DNA from: an uncultured delta proteobacterium
GTDB taxonomy: Bacteria; Desulfobacterota; Desulfomonilia; Desulfomonilales; Desulfomonilaceae
Assembly (NCBI GenBank): GCA_963789265.1
Contig: CAWBKB010000005.1
Location: 64,001-128,000 of the forward strand
Direction: 5' to 3'
DNA: 64,000 bases
This document shows positions 38,409 to 47,673 of this stretch, piece by piece. Made by a program: the position numbers and the translations under genes. Under the pieces are notes generated by a model. That model saw only the letters and a list, made by a program, of their open reading frames with translations. It did not search any database and was not told the origin of the DNA. Every line of letters starts with the position of its first letter. Positions within the stretch are counted from its first letter, which is position 1.

Positions 38409-39109
38409 TGCTGCTCGAGGTTGAGAATATTCAGACTTACTACGAATCCACCCAGATACTTTTCGGTGTGAGCCTGGAGGTGGATAAGGGAGAGACCGTG
38501 TGCATCTTAGGGCGAAATGGTATGGGCAAGACCACTCTGCTACGGAGCATCATCGGCCTTACGCCGCCACGCCGAGGTACCATCCGGTTACAAGGGGCCA
38601 GAGTTACTGGCAAACAGCCTTTCAGGATCGCCCGACTCGGAGTTGGGTTCGTCCCGGAAGATAGGGAGATCTTCCCCAACCTGACCGTGAGAGAGAACCT
38701 TGAGATATCCGCAATGAAGCAAAATGGAGCAAACTCTTGGGACCTGGACAAAGTCTATGCTCTGTTCCCGATACTGAAGGCGAGGGATAAGCAGTGGGGA
38801 GGCACCCTATCCGGTGGCGAACAGCAGATGCTGACAATTGCCCGGACACTGATGGGGAATCCCACTTTGTTGTTGCTGGATGAGCCCTCAGAGGGCTTGG
38901 CTCCGCTGGTGGTTGAGGCCATAAAGGAGCAGATCGTGCGCATTCAGCAAGAGGGAATGACCATCATTCTTTCCGAGCAGAACTCGGTGACGGCCCTTGA
39001 AGTTTCCCAAAGAGCCTACATTTTGGAAAAGGGTCAGGTCAGTTGGCAGGGCAGGACATCGGAACTCGCTGCAAACCCGCAAATCATGGAAAAATACCTG
39101 GGGGTTTAA
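38408..39109 (+). CDS. ABC ATP-binding protein (LivF-like)
   Basis: GRNGMGKTT, LSGGEQQML, LLDEPSEGLAP and EQN motifs. Confidence 0.92.
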   Translation: MLLEVENIQTYYESTQILFGVSLEVDKGETVCILGRNGMGKTTLLRSIIGLTPPRRGTIRLQGARVTGKQPFRIARLGVGFVPEDREIFPNLTVRENLEISAMKQNGANSWDLDKVYALFPILKARDKQWGGTLSGGEQQMLTIARTLMGNPTLLLLDEPSEGLAPLVVEAIKEQIVRIQQEGMTIILSEQNSVTALEVSQRAYILEKGQVSWQGRTSELAANPQIMEKYLGV

Positions 39110-39791
39110 GTGTCTTGCTCCGCAAAGAGAGGCACTAATTCTCCGGCCACCACCCCTGTTGTACCCGGCTCAAACAAATAAGCTGGGTGATGTGGCCTTG
39201 ACCCATCTTCTACAGTTGAGGCCCGTTTTTTGCGTCTTGTGCCACCTAACCCCCTGTAATTACGTGGGCCACTCTCGCCGGAAGGCAACAACATGGTGCC
39301 ACGTCTCGGCAATATGGCACCTGACATCAACGAATTTTATGATAGTTTGCATGGTGTTAGCGCAAAGAAAACGCCTTACTGGGAACCGCATGAGCCTTTG
39401 CGCCGATAGTCCTGCCGCAACACCAAAGGAGTCGATCCGATGCAAGCAGAAGTCCCCCGAAGAAACCATGCTGGAAAGGATGTCGTCTTCGGGGTGCTTC
39501 TGTTAGTTCACCGACCAGTCCCTCTGCACACCGGCGCTTTCGATCACCACGTTATAGACTGTTGGCGGCTTCAGATGAGGCTTGGAATACTGAGGTTACT
39601 CAAGACCGCACCAATGGCACCCCTGGAAGATCGGAAAACCTGGTGCCACAAGTGACCACTGCTCTCGTAACATATTGAAATAGCAAAGCTATCATAACTG
39701 CGGTGTAGAAGTTGGGCCATAGTGAGCGCATGCCGCACCGCCATTAGAAATCATGCGGGCGTTTGGCCTGAGGATCAACTGACCAGCGCCA

Positions 39792-41057
39792 TCAGTCCGC
39801 CCTCTTCTTGAACAGGAACGCGGCGAGCCCCAGGTAAAAGACGGCCATGGCAAGCATAGGTATGATCTGAGGCCAGAGGACGTCCCACCCGATCCCTTTC
39901 AAAAAGACTCCGCGTACGATGATTATGAAGTAACGAAGAGGATCCAAGTAGGTCAGGTATTGGACCACCGGCGGCATATTCTCGATCGGGAACGCATAAC
40001 CCGAAAGCAGAGTCGCAGGCTGCAAGAACATGAACGATGTTAGGATCGCCTGCTGTTGAGTCTTGCAAAATGTGGAAATTGTCATCCCGACTCCGGCAAT
40101 AATTACAAGAAAGAGGACCGCGGTCGCAAAGAAAAAAGGCATGGATCCTCTGAACGGAATATCGAATATCAGGAATGCCAGCGTGACAATTACGGTCATA
40201 GTTATTACTTCGATAATGAAGCAAGGGATAGTCTTACCCAGGATCAGCTCAAACCGCGCTATGGGTGCCACCATAAGCTGTTCTATGGTTCCGATTTCTT
40301 TCTCCCGGACTATGAGCGCGGACGTGAGGATGGTGGTCCCGGCCATCAGAATGATCACGACTACTCCGGGGACGAAAAAGTCCTTAGAGTTCAGATTAGG
40401 GTTGAACCATGAGCGGCTGGCTTCAGACGCGGAGGGTACTATGAGATGAGGAGTGGCGGTTTCGAAAAGTTGGCCCTGCATCTGGTTGATTCGTTGGTCC
40501 ATAATATCTTGGGAAAAGCGTTCGAGGATAGATTCGGCATACCCGGATACGGTTCCCGCGGTAGTCGTGTCTACGCCGTCGATAAGTATCCCCACCTGCG
40601 CGGTTCGCATCGCCTTTATGCGTCGTTCCAGGTCCGGAGGGATAAGAATGGCCATACCGGCTTTCCCGGTTTCCAGCCATCTGTCCGCTTTGTCATACGA
40701 GCCGACCATTTGCTTGATCGTGAAATATCCTGACCGAGAGAAGGCTTCAATGATCTGTCGGCTGAGGACGCTTCTGTCCATGTCGGCTACCACTGTGGAA
40801 ACATCTCGAACGTCCAATCGGCTGGCGAAACCAAATACTAAGAGTTGGAGTATGGGAGCAATCATCATCAGAGATAAATTCTGTCGACTGCGCCTTATGT
40901 GAGTGAATTCCTTGCGGACAATACACCGTATCCGCCTCGCGGATAGACGGATGGCTTCGAGAGATGCGCGGAGGCCGGTACCGTTCTTGCCTGATGAACC
41001 CAACTCGGCGCCTGAACGTTGTCCCGACGTGTTTGAATCGGAAAAGGCCATGATCAT
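39792..41057 (-). CDS. ABC-2 type exporter permease (YbhR-like)
   Basis: RKEF, WFNPNL, IVREKEIGTIEQL, LSGYAFPIENMP and PLRYF motifs. Confidence 0.88.
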   Translation of the reverse strand: MIMAFSDSNTSGQRSGAELGSSGKNGTGLRASLEAIRLSARRIRCIVRKEFTHIRRSRQNLSLMMIAPILQLLVFGFASRLDVRDVSTVVADMDRSVLSRQIIEAFSRSGYFTIKQMVGSYDKADRWLETGKAGMAILIPPDLERRIKAMRTAQVGILIDGVDTTTAGTVSGYAESILERFSQDIMDQRINQMQGQLFETATPHLIVPSASEASRSWFNPNLNSKDFFVPGVVVIILMAGTTILTSALIVREKEIGTIEQLMVAPIARFELILGKTIPCFIIEVITMTVIVTLAFLIFDIPFRGSMPFFFATAVLFLVIIAGVGMTISTFCKTQQQAILTSFMFLQPATLLSGYAFPIENMPPVVQYLTYLDPLRYFIIIVRGVFLKGIGWDVLWPQIIPMLAMAVFYLGLAAFLFKKRAD

Positions 41058-42190
41058 CCCAGAGTTTTCCTCAACTTCCTGGTTGCAAGGGTTGTCACAA
41101 GTAGCGCGAAAATTACGAGCATGGCTGTTGGTACCATGATCGCTCCTATTCCCACTCCCTTGAGGTATATCGCGCGTAATACCGTCACAAAGTGTCGGGC
41201 CGGGACCAAATAGGTGATTATTTGCAGAGCATCCGGCATGTTGGAAATGGGAAACACGAAGCCGGAAAGGAGAAAAGAAGGTAGAAAAGTACCCAGAAGC
41301 GCCAACTGAGTGGCAAAGAACTGATTCGATGCCACCACCGAAATCAGGAAGCCCAAAGACATGGCCCCGATCAGAAAGAGGCTCGAAACCAGGAACATCA
41401 GCAATAGACTCCCTCTTAACGGCACACCGAAGACGTACTGCCCCATGAGATAAACCATCAGCAGGTCCAGATATCCGAGCGCAAAATATGGTAGGAGTTT
41501 GCCAACGATCAGCTCATTTGGCTTCACGGGTGTTGAAATGAGCTGTTCCATGGTCCCGGTCTCCCGTTCCCTTACTATGGTCAGGGATGTAAGCAACGCG
41601 GCTATGACCATCATGATGATGGCAATGAGGCCGGGGATGATGTTATTCCGACTTTTAAGCTCGGGGTTATACAGCAGCCTTATGCAAGGTTGCACCGGCG
41701 GTACGACTCTCTGTTCCACCGACTGCCTTACCAGAGCCTTTTTGCGGAAGTCTTCGTCAAAGGTTGCCATGATCGTTTCAAGGTACACAATGGCCAAGCC
41801 GGCTCGCGTGGAATCGGAACCGTCGACTATGGCCTGAACCCGGTTCATTCTGCCCTTTTTCAGATTTCGGCTGAAATCCCAGGGGATCACAACACCAACA
41901 TGCGCGTCTGTCTTATCCACCGCTTTAACGATAGGCGTATATGATTGGGTGGGGAGGACCAAGGTAAAGTATCCGGAGCTTGTGATGCGGTCTATAAGCT
42001 CCCTTGACTGGGCACTCTGATCTTGATCCCAGACGGCGAGAGGGATTTTGTCCACATCAAGAGAAAGCGCATAACCGAAAAGGACCATGAGCATGACAGG
42101 AATGCCAAGAGCGAGATATAGAGAGCGCGAATCTCTGACAATCTGTCTGGCCTCTTTGCGAGCCACGGCAAAGGTACGATGAATGTTCAT
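41054..42190 (-). CDS. ABC-2 type exporter permease (YbhS-like)
   Basis: RKEARQIVRD, YNPEL, RERETGTMEQL and LSGFVFPISNMP motifs. Confidence 0.88.
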   Translation of the reverse strand: MNIHRTFAVARKEARQIVRDSRSLYLALGIPVMLMVLFGYALSLDVDKIPLAVWDQDQSAQSRELIDRITSSGYFTLVLPTQSYTPIVKAVDKTDAHVGVVIPWDFSRNLKKGRMNRVQAIVDGSDSTRAGLAIVYLETIMATFDEDFRKKALVRQSVEQRVVPPVQPCIRLLYNPELKSRNNIIPGLIAIIMMVIAALLTSLTIVRERETGTMEQLISTPVKPNELIVGKLLPYFALGYLDLLMVYLMGQYVFGVPLRGSLLLMFLVSSLFLIGAMSLGFLISVVASNQFFATQLALLGTFLPSFLLSGFVFPISNMPDALQIITYLVPARHFVTVLRAIYLKGVGIGAIMVPTAMLVIFALLVTTLATRKLRKTLG

Positions 42191-42225
42191 TATCTATTCA
42201 ATAGCCCATTTTTGTGCGAATCGTG

Positions 42226-43179
42226 TCATTCTACTGAATTTCTATCTTTCGCCGTAAGGGTTACAAATACATCTTCAAGACTAGGAGTTATCACCTCTAT
42301 TCGGAAGAGGCTGATACCTTCCTCATTCAACTTCTCTTTGGCAATCCGGATGGCACTATCAGGGTTTGAAGTGACCAAATGGAGCAGGTTGCCGAAAACG
42401 GCAACTTCACTGAAGACGTGTTCTTTTCCGAGCACTTCCGCGGCCAGCATGAGGTCGGCCGATTCCAGTTCCAGGACGGCATCCTTCATCCAGTTCTTCT
42501 TCAGTTCGCCGGGAGTACCCAGGGCGATGATTCGACCTTTGCTCATCAACGCAAGGCGATTGCAATACTCAGCTTCCTCCATATAATGCGTCGAGACAAA
42601 TATGGTGACCCCCTGCAGGGCCAATCCGTGAATGAGGTCCCAAAAACTTCGCCTGGATACCGGATCGACTCCGGAGGTTGGCTCGTCAAGAAACAGAACC
42701 GGCGGCTCGTGGAGCAGCGCGCACCCCAGAGCAAGACGCTGCTTCCAGCCCAGGGCAAGCTCTCGCGTCAGGCTTGTTCTTCTTTCGGTTAGTCCGGCCA
42801 TGTCAAGGACCCATGCATCTCGGTCCCTTTTCCTGTCCCCGTCAAGGCCGTAGATCCCCCCGAAGAAATCAAGGTTCTCTTCCACAGTCAGGTCTTCATA
42901 CAATGAAAATTTTTGGGACATGTAGCCGATGTGCTTTTTGATTTCTTCATATTCCGTGGATACGTCGCATCCGGAAACCCGGGCTATGCCGGAGGTAGGG
43001 GTCAACAGTCCGCACAGTATCTTGATCGTGGTGGTCTTTCCGGCACCGTTGGGTCCGAGAAATCCAAAAATCTCACCTTTGGGCACTTCGAAGCTGATAT
43101 GATCCACAGCCACAAAGCTGCCGAAGGTTCTCGTGAGCTCTTGGGCAAAGACCGCTATTTCGTTATTGCTTCGTTCCAA
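42226..43179 (-). CDS. ABC exporter ATP-binding protein (YbhF-like, single NBD)
   Basis: GPNGAGKTT, GYMSQKFSLY, LDEPTSGVDP and THYMEEAE motifs. Confidence 0.92.
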   Translation of the reverse strand: MERSNNEIAVFAQELTRTFGSFVAVDHISFEVPKGEIFGFLGPNGAGKTTTIKILCGLLTPTSGIARVSGCDVSTEYEEIKKHIGYMSQKFSLYEDLTVEENLDFFGGIYGLDGDRKRDRDAWVLDMAGLTERRTSLTRELALGWKQRLALGCALLHEPPVLFLDEPTSGVDPVSRRSFWDLIHGLALQGVTIFVSTHYMEEAEYCNRLALMSKGRIIALGTPGELKKNWMKDAVLELESADLMLAAEVLGKEHVFSEVAVFGNLLHLVTSNPDSAIRIAKEKLNEEGISLFRIEVITPSLEDVFVTLTAKDRNSVE

Positions 43180-43187
43180 CTGCTTTC

Positions 43188-44159
43188 CTACCCATCTTCT
43201 TCATTGGAAATTCGGTCTCTTGGGATAAGGGAAAGAAACGCATCTTCCATCGTGGGAACAATTCTCCTGACCGAATGAATCTCGATCCCCTTTTCGGTGA
43301 GTCTTTGGCGAATAGCATTTGCTTCCGACTCCTCGTTCAAGCGCACGTGAAGCCCTTCACCAAAAACATTGACGTCCAGTACTCCCCCCATCTTAGACAA
43401 TAGGTCCCGCGCGGGGCTTGGGTCAGACACGATGAGCTCGACGATGACCCCCTTTACCATTTGCCTGAGCGCCCGGGGTTCGCCCATTTGAATGATGGTG
43501 CCATGATGCATTAGACCCACACGGTTTGTTCTCTCCGCCTCATCCAAATAAGCAGTGGTGACCACAATGGAAATCCCCTCTTTCAAAAGATCGTACAGAA
43601 TTTTCCAGAAATCGCGGCGAGAGACCGGATCGACTCCGTTAGTAGGTTCATCAAGAAGGAGAACTCTGGGAGAATGGATCAGTGCGCAAGCAAGGCCCAA
43701 TTTCTGTTTCATGCCCCCTGACAGAGCTCCTGCGAGCCGGTCGCTGAAGGGACCGAGTCGACTGAATCCGAATAATAGCTCGATCCTACCGGATCGCTCT
43801 TTCTTGGGTACTTGAAAGAGGTCCGCGTAGAAGATAAGGTTTTCCATTACAGTAAGATCGGCGTAAAGGCCGAAGCGTTGAGGCATGTAGGCGAGGTGCT
43901 CCTTAATTCCTTCCGGATCGTCCACCAAGGAAATCCCGTCCACCCATGCTTGGCCGGATGTGGGTTCAAGGATTCCCGCCAGCATTCGCATAGTAGTGGT
44001 CTTCCCGGCGCCGTCCGGCCCCACAATCCCGAAAAGCTCACCCTGCCTTACTTCCAGGTTAAGGTTTTTAACGGCCTGAGTTTGGCCGAAATTGCGACAA
44101 AGATTTTCGGTTTGTACTATGAGTCCTGAACTAGCTTGTTTAAGTCGAGGGCTTACCAA
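43188..44159 (-). CDS. ABC exporter ATP-binding protein (YbhF-like, single NBD)
   Basis: GPDGAGKTT, YMPQRFGLY, LSGGMKQKL and LDEPTNGVDP motifs. Confidence 0.92.
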   Translation of the reverse strand: MVSPRLKQASSGLIVQTENLCRNFGQTQAVKNLNLEVRQGELFGIVGPDGAGKTTTMRMLAGILEPTSGQAWVDGISLVDDPEGIKEHLAYMPQRFGLYADLTVMENLIFYADLFQVPKKERSGRIELLFGFSRLGPFSDRLAGALSGGMKQKLGLACALIHSPRVLLLDEPTNGVDPVSRRDFWKILYDLLKEGISIVVTTAYLDEAERTNRVGLMHHGTIIQMGEPRALRQMVKGVIVELIVSDPSPARDLLSKMGGVLDVNVFGEGLHVRLNEESEANAIRQRLTEKGIEIHSVRRIVPTMEDAFLSLIPRDRISNEEDG

Positions 44160-45174
44160 GAGTCTGTGGCCGTCCCTTCTTGACCGGTTCGGAGTTAACT
44201 AGAATGTAACCTTCGGCAGGCATCCCGATCTTCAACTCCTGCTTCGGGTTTTTAATCGTGATCTTTACCCGATAAACCTGCTTGACCCTCTCTTCCCTGG
44301 TTTGCACGTTTTTCGGGGTGAATTCGGCCCTGGGGGAGATAAAGGTTACTACCCCCAGGTAAACCTTGTCGGGATACGTGTCAGTAGTAATTTCCGCCTT
44401 TTGGCCCAACTTTATCTTGCCGAGGTTTTGTTCGCCTACGTAGCCTTTGAGCCAAACTTCATCAATCGCTGCCACAGTTGCGACGGCCGCTCCCGGAAGC
44501 ACCACCTCTCCCAGCTCATTTGACTTTACCATCACAACTGCAGAAACTGGTGTTTGGAGCACCGAATGCTCTATGTCCAGTTGTATTCTTTTTAATTCAA
44601 ATTCCGCCCTTTTCAGACGCGCTCGAGCCGCGCGTATTTCCTGCTCTCTCGGTCCGTTCTTAAGCTGTTTCAACCTTTCCGCGCAGTTCTTAAATTCCTC
44701 TTGCGTAACCTTTAGCGTTGTCTCTTTGGTATCGAATAGCGAAGGAGAGATGGCCTTCTCTTTTATCAGGCCACAATAACGGTCATATTCATCCTTCGCG
44801 TTTTTCATCTTGCTCTCCGCGGATTTGTACAGGGCTCGAGCTTGTTCGATCTCTTCAACGCGCGTACCTTCCTCGAACTGATCCAGCACTGCCCGCGCAT
44901 TACCAATTTCAGCCTGCGCAGCTCCCTTTTGGGCGAGGAGAGTATCAGTATCAAGGGTGGCGACGACTTGGCCCGTCGTAACACGGTCACCCTCTTCTAT
45001 GGGAAGCGTTTTGATCTGACCGGCTATTCTGAAGGAAAGATCAACTTCTGTGGCCTCGATGTTCCCACTGACAAAGACCTTTCCCTCAGTATCCACCCCA
45101 TTCCTGAAATGAAGCCAACCAGCAGCCACAATAGCTACAACAACTGCCGCCACTGGTAAAATTTTCTTCTTCAT
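44140..45174 (-). CDS. HlyD family periplasmic adaptor (YbhG-like)
   Basis: N-terminal TM, SGNIEATEV, EEGDRV, coiled coil and AEFTPKNVQT motifs. Confidence 0.9.
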   Translation of the reverse strand: MKKKILPVAAVVVAIVAAGWLHFRNGVDTEGKVFVSGNIEATEVDLSFRIAGQIKTLPIEEGDRVTTGQVVATLDTDTLLAQKGAAQAEIGNARAVLDQFEEGTRVEEIEQARALYKSAESKMKNAKDEYDRYCGLIKEKAISPSLFDTKETTLKVTQEEFKNCAERLKQLKNGPREQEIRAARARLKRAEFELKRIQLDIEHSVLQTPVSAVVMVKSNELGEVVLPGAAVATVAAIDEVWLKGYVGEQNLGKIKLGQKAEITTDTYPDKVYLGVVTFISPRAEFTPKNVQTREERVKQVYRVKITIKNPKQELKIGMPAEGYILVNSEPVKKGRPQTLGKPST

Positions 45175-45573
45175 GGTTGAGTTCTTGCCTTCTTTTTCTA
45201 GTTGCTTCTGTAGGCCTCGAAACACCCTTGTCTCGGGCAAATCTTGGCCACACGGTTCACGAAGAAACCTGCCGAGCAGAGAGTTCTCCAATATACATGC
45301 GAGGCCACACGTCTGCCACGAAAATTTTCCCTATGCAAAGGCTCATGTCTCGTTTCGAGAAAGTGAAGGTTTTTCCAATTGCCGCCACAGTGCCCTGGAC
45401 CGATTCACACCGTCAGGACTTTCGGCAGCCAGCATAGTGATCGCAGCCAACTCGTGTAAGGCTGTTCAACAAGCTCATTGGAACTAACCACTTACAAGCA
45501 CCAAGAATCGCACGGTCGAGACCCGGGCCCACAGAGAGACATAACCTGTTTTTAACGACAATCAAATCCGGCC

Positions 45574-46356
45574 CTAAGACCTCTTCAGAGGGTATCCCAT
45601 ATAGGAAATGCGCGTGTTGCCGGTCTCGTGAAAATCCAGACGGCGTCCAAGCTCCTGATAAGAGATCGTGCCCCGTGCACATCTGCGAAAGTTGAGCCAT
45701 GCGGCGATTGGGTTGCAGCTCGGTGCGATTCCCCTGACATCCTGAGACACGAGCCCCTTGTTCAACATCAAGCCGAACAGGTCTTCGGGCTTGATAAATC
45801 TGTTCCAATCGTGTGTCTGAGGCGGCACGAAGGCCGTTGATGGCCACTCCTGCATAATCTTGATAACGGCAATTCTGCTCGCGAATGTTCTGTTGACTGT
45901 GTCATAGAAAAAGAGGCCTCCGGATTTCAGTACTCTTGAGATTTCACTGATCACTTGTACCACATCTTCTACGTGTTCCAATACGTCGCAACAAAGGACT
46001 ACGTCAAATGTCCCTTCGGAGAAGGGTAGATGTTCTCCCGAAGCCGTATGATAGTCAATGTGCAGTCGTCCTCTGGCGGCATGCTCACGTGCGTTTTCGA
46101 TCGACCGAGCAGCAGGGTCGATACCTGTGACACCGTATCCGGCTCGCGCGAATTCTTCCGAAAGCAATCCTCCTCCGCAACCTATGTCGAGTATCGTTGA
46201 CAACTCTCGCCCGATTTCATTTTCGCGTCGTAGTACGCGTGAGAAATAGTCAAATCTCACCGGATTGATCCAATATCGTATCGAGGCGAACGCTCCCACG
46301 GTTTCGTCCCACCATCCATTTCCCAGATTGTTGTAGATTTCGTTATTGGCAGCCAC
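45574..46356 (-). CDS. UbiG-like SAM-dependent O-methyltransferase
   Basis: INPVR, LDIGCGGGLLSE, DVLEHV, TVNRT and HDWNRFIKP motifs. Confidence 0.85.
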   Translation of the reverse strand: MAANNEIYNNLGNGWWDETVGAFASIRYWINPVRFDYFSRVLRRENEIGRELSTILDIGCGGGLLSEEFARAGYGVTGIDPAARSIENAREHAARGRLHIDYHTASGEHLPFSEGTFDVVLCCDVLEHVEDVVQVISEISRVLKSGGLFFYDTVNRTFASRIAVIKIMQEWPSTAFVPPQTHDWNRFIKPEDLFGLMLNKGLVSQDVRGIAPSCNPIAAWLNFRRCARGTISYQELGRRLDFHETGNTRISYMGYPLKRS

Positions 46357-46365
46357 TATTGTTTC

Positions 46366-46717
46366 CTATCGGTGTTCAAAGAAAATGTGCCCCATGGCAA
46401 TAAGCATGACCAGCCCGACCGCAAATTTTCGCAAGGATCGCTTCTCGCCTAATGTATGGAAATCCCTGGGCTACCGTCTTGGTATGCCTGGATAGCGTGA
46501 CGCCATTGAGAATTGCATGCCAGATTACGAATACGCTGAAGAAGACGCCCAGAATGCTATGAGGCGTCATCCACCACACGTGCGCAGGGGCCGCCATAAG
46601 GTCCATTCGATGGAGGTGGTGAATGTAGCCGGTTACAGGGAGCCCCAGACCGGTCAATGCCGTCGTCAGGGCAACGAATGCCCGAGTGTTGAAGGACCTC
46701 TTGTGGTTCGGTTTCAT
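46366..46717 (-). CDS. Small membrane protein, DUF4405-like (probable one-base insertion near 46425)
   Basis: TM helices with conserved His (PH...WH). Removing one base from AAAATTT gives a third TM helix FAVGLVMLIAMGH and a stop at 46366. Confidence 0.6.
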
Positions 46718-46730
46718 GCAAAATCCTCCG

Positions 46731-47201
46731 TCATTTTAACTTTTCAACCACAGTGCGTATTTCGACGAGGACTTTGACTGCACTTTCAACCTCCTGGGTT
46801 CCAAGCCTTTCGCCGATCGAGCTTTCGAGCTCGTGCATGCGTTCGTGAATCCTATGAAATTCACGGTGTCCTTTCTGCGTCAGGCGGACGAGCCTGTGGC
46901 GCCCGTCCTTGGGGTCAGGACCGCGTCGCACCCACTTCTGCTCCTCCATCTCGTTGAGTGTGCGCGTTACGGCAGCAGGGTTGACTCCTAATCTGCGCGC
47001 GATTTCCATGGTGCCGGTTTCCCCTACGAGTTCGATTGCAAGTAGACGCAGAAGGGCCAATCTGGATACCGATGTGCCCACTATTCTCGGGAGATTGATG
47101 AGCAGAGATTGATTCGTGAGGTATAGCTCCTTCAGCAAGTGCGGCTCACCTCCTCGGTGCTCCAGTACATGAGGTCCGATTTTGTTCTTTGAATTCTTCA
47201 T
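46731..47201 (-). CDS. MarR family regulator
   Basis: EIARRLGVNPAAVTRTLNEME, DPKDGR and LTQKG motifs. Confidence 0.9.
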   Translation of the reverse strand: MKNSKNKIGPHVLEHRGGEPHLLKELYLTNQSLLINLPRIVGTSVSRLALLRLLAIELVGETGTMEIARRLGVNPAAVTRTLNEMEEQKWVRRGPDPKDGRHRLVRLTQKGHREFHRIHERMHELESSIGERLGTQEVESAVKVLVEIRTVVEKLK

Positions 47202-47206
47202 CCAAA

Positions 47207-47238
47207 CATTATTGCCAAGGTCATTGACGTTGTCAATG
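47207..47238. promoter_or_regulatory. Putative MarR operator
   Basis: CATTGAC-GTT-GTCAATG (47222-47238), with an adjacent degenerate copy ATTGCCAAGGTCATT, just upstream of the marR start. Confidence 0.6.
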
Positions 47239-47673
47239 GCATTGAACTATCATCCACAGTTTCACATAATTATGGCTTAGACACGCTTCCAATGTGTCGC
47301 TGACGATCAGGCAGGATGTCCGTCGCCACTCAATCTTTTTCTTATTCCTTAAACTCCGTCATTGCCCGTGGGCTTCGGCAATCCCACATGATTCCCTTGC
47401 CTTATAAGATTAGCGAATAATGAAGGTTCCAGCAGTTACTCGATTGCAGAAGCGGTTCGGCAGCAACAGGAGAAATCCCGTAGTCTTTTTCGCGAGGACT
47501 TTCAAGCATGAACGTCAAATTAACTCCTTAAGTAATCTAAACACAATAACCTCCTCATTAAACATCGTTGCATTTGATAGTTAGATTTATGTTTTAGTGT
47601 TGACAACCCAATTTTGTTGTGATATCCACGCCCCGTGATTTATAGGTTGGGGGCATGGGCGTAGGAGTTTTAA

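Noticed and set aside
45458..45476. AGGCTGTTCAACAA resembling an IS terminal inverted repeat (similar weak hint at 47409-47430)
   Set aside because: No partner end, target duplication or transposase nearby.
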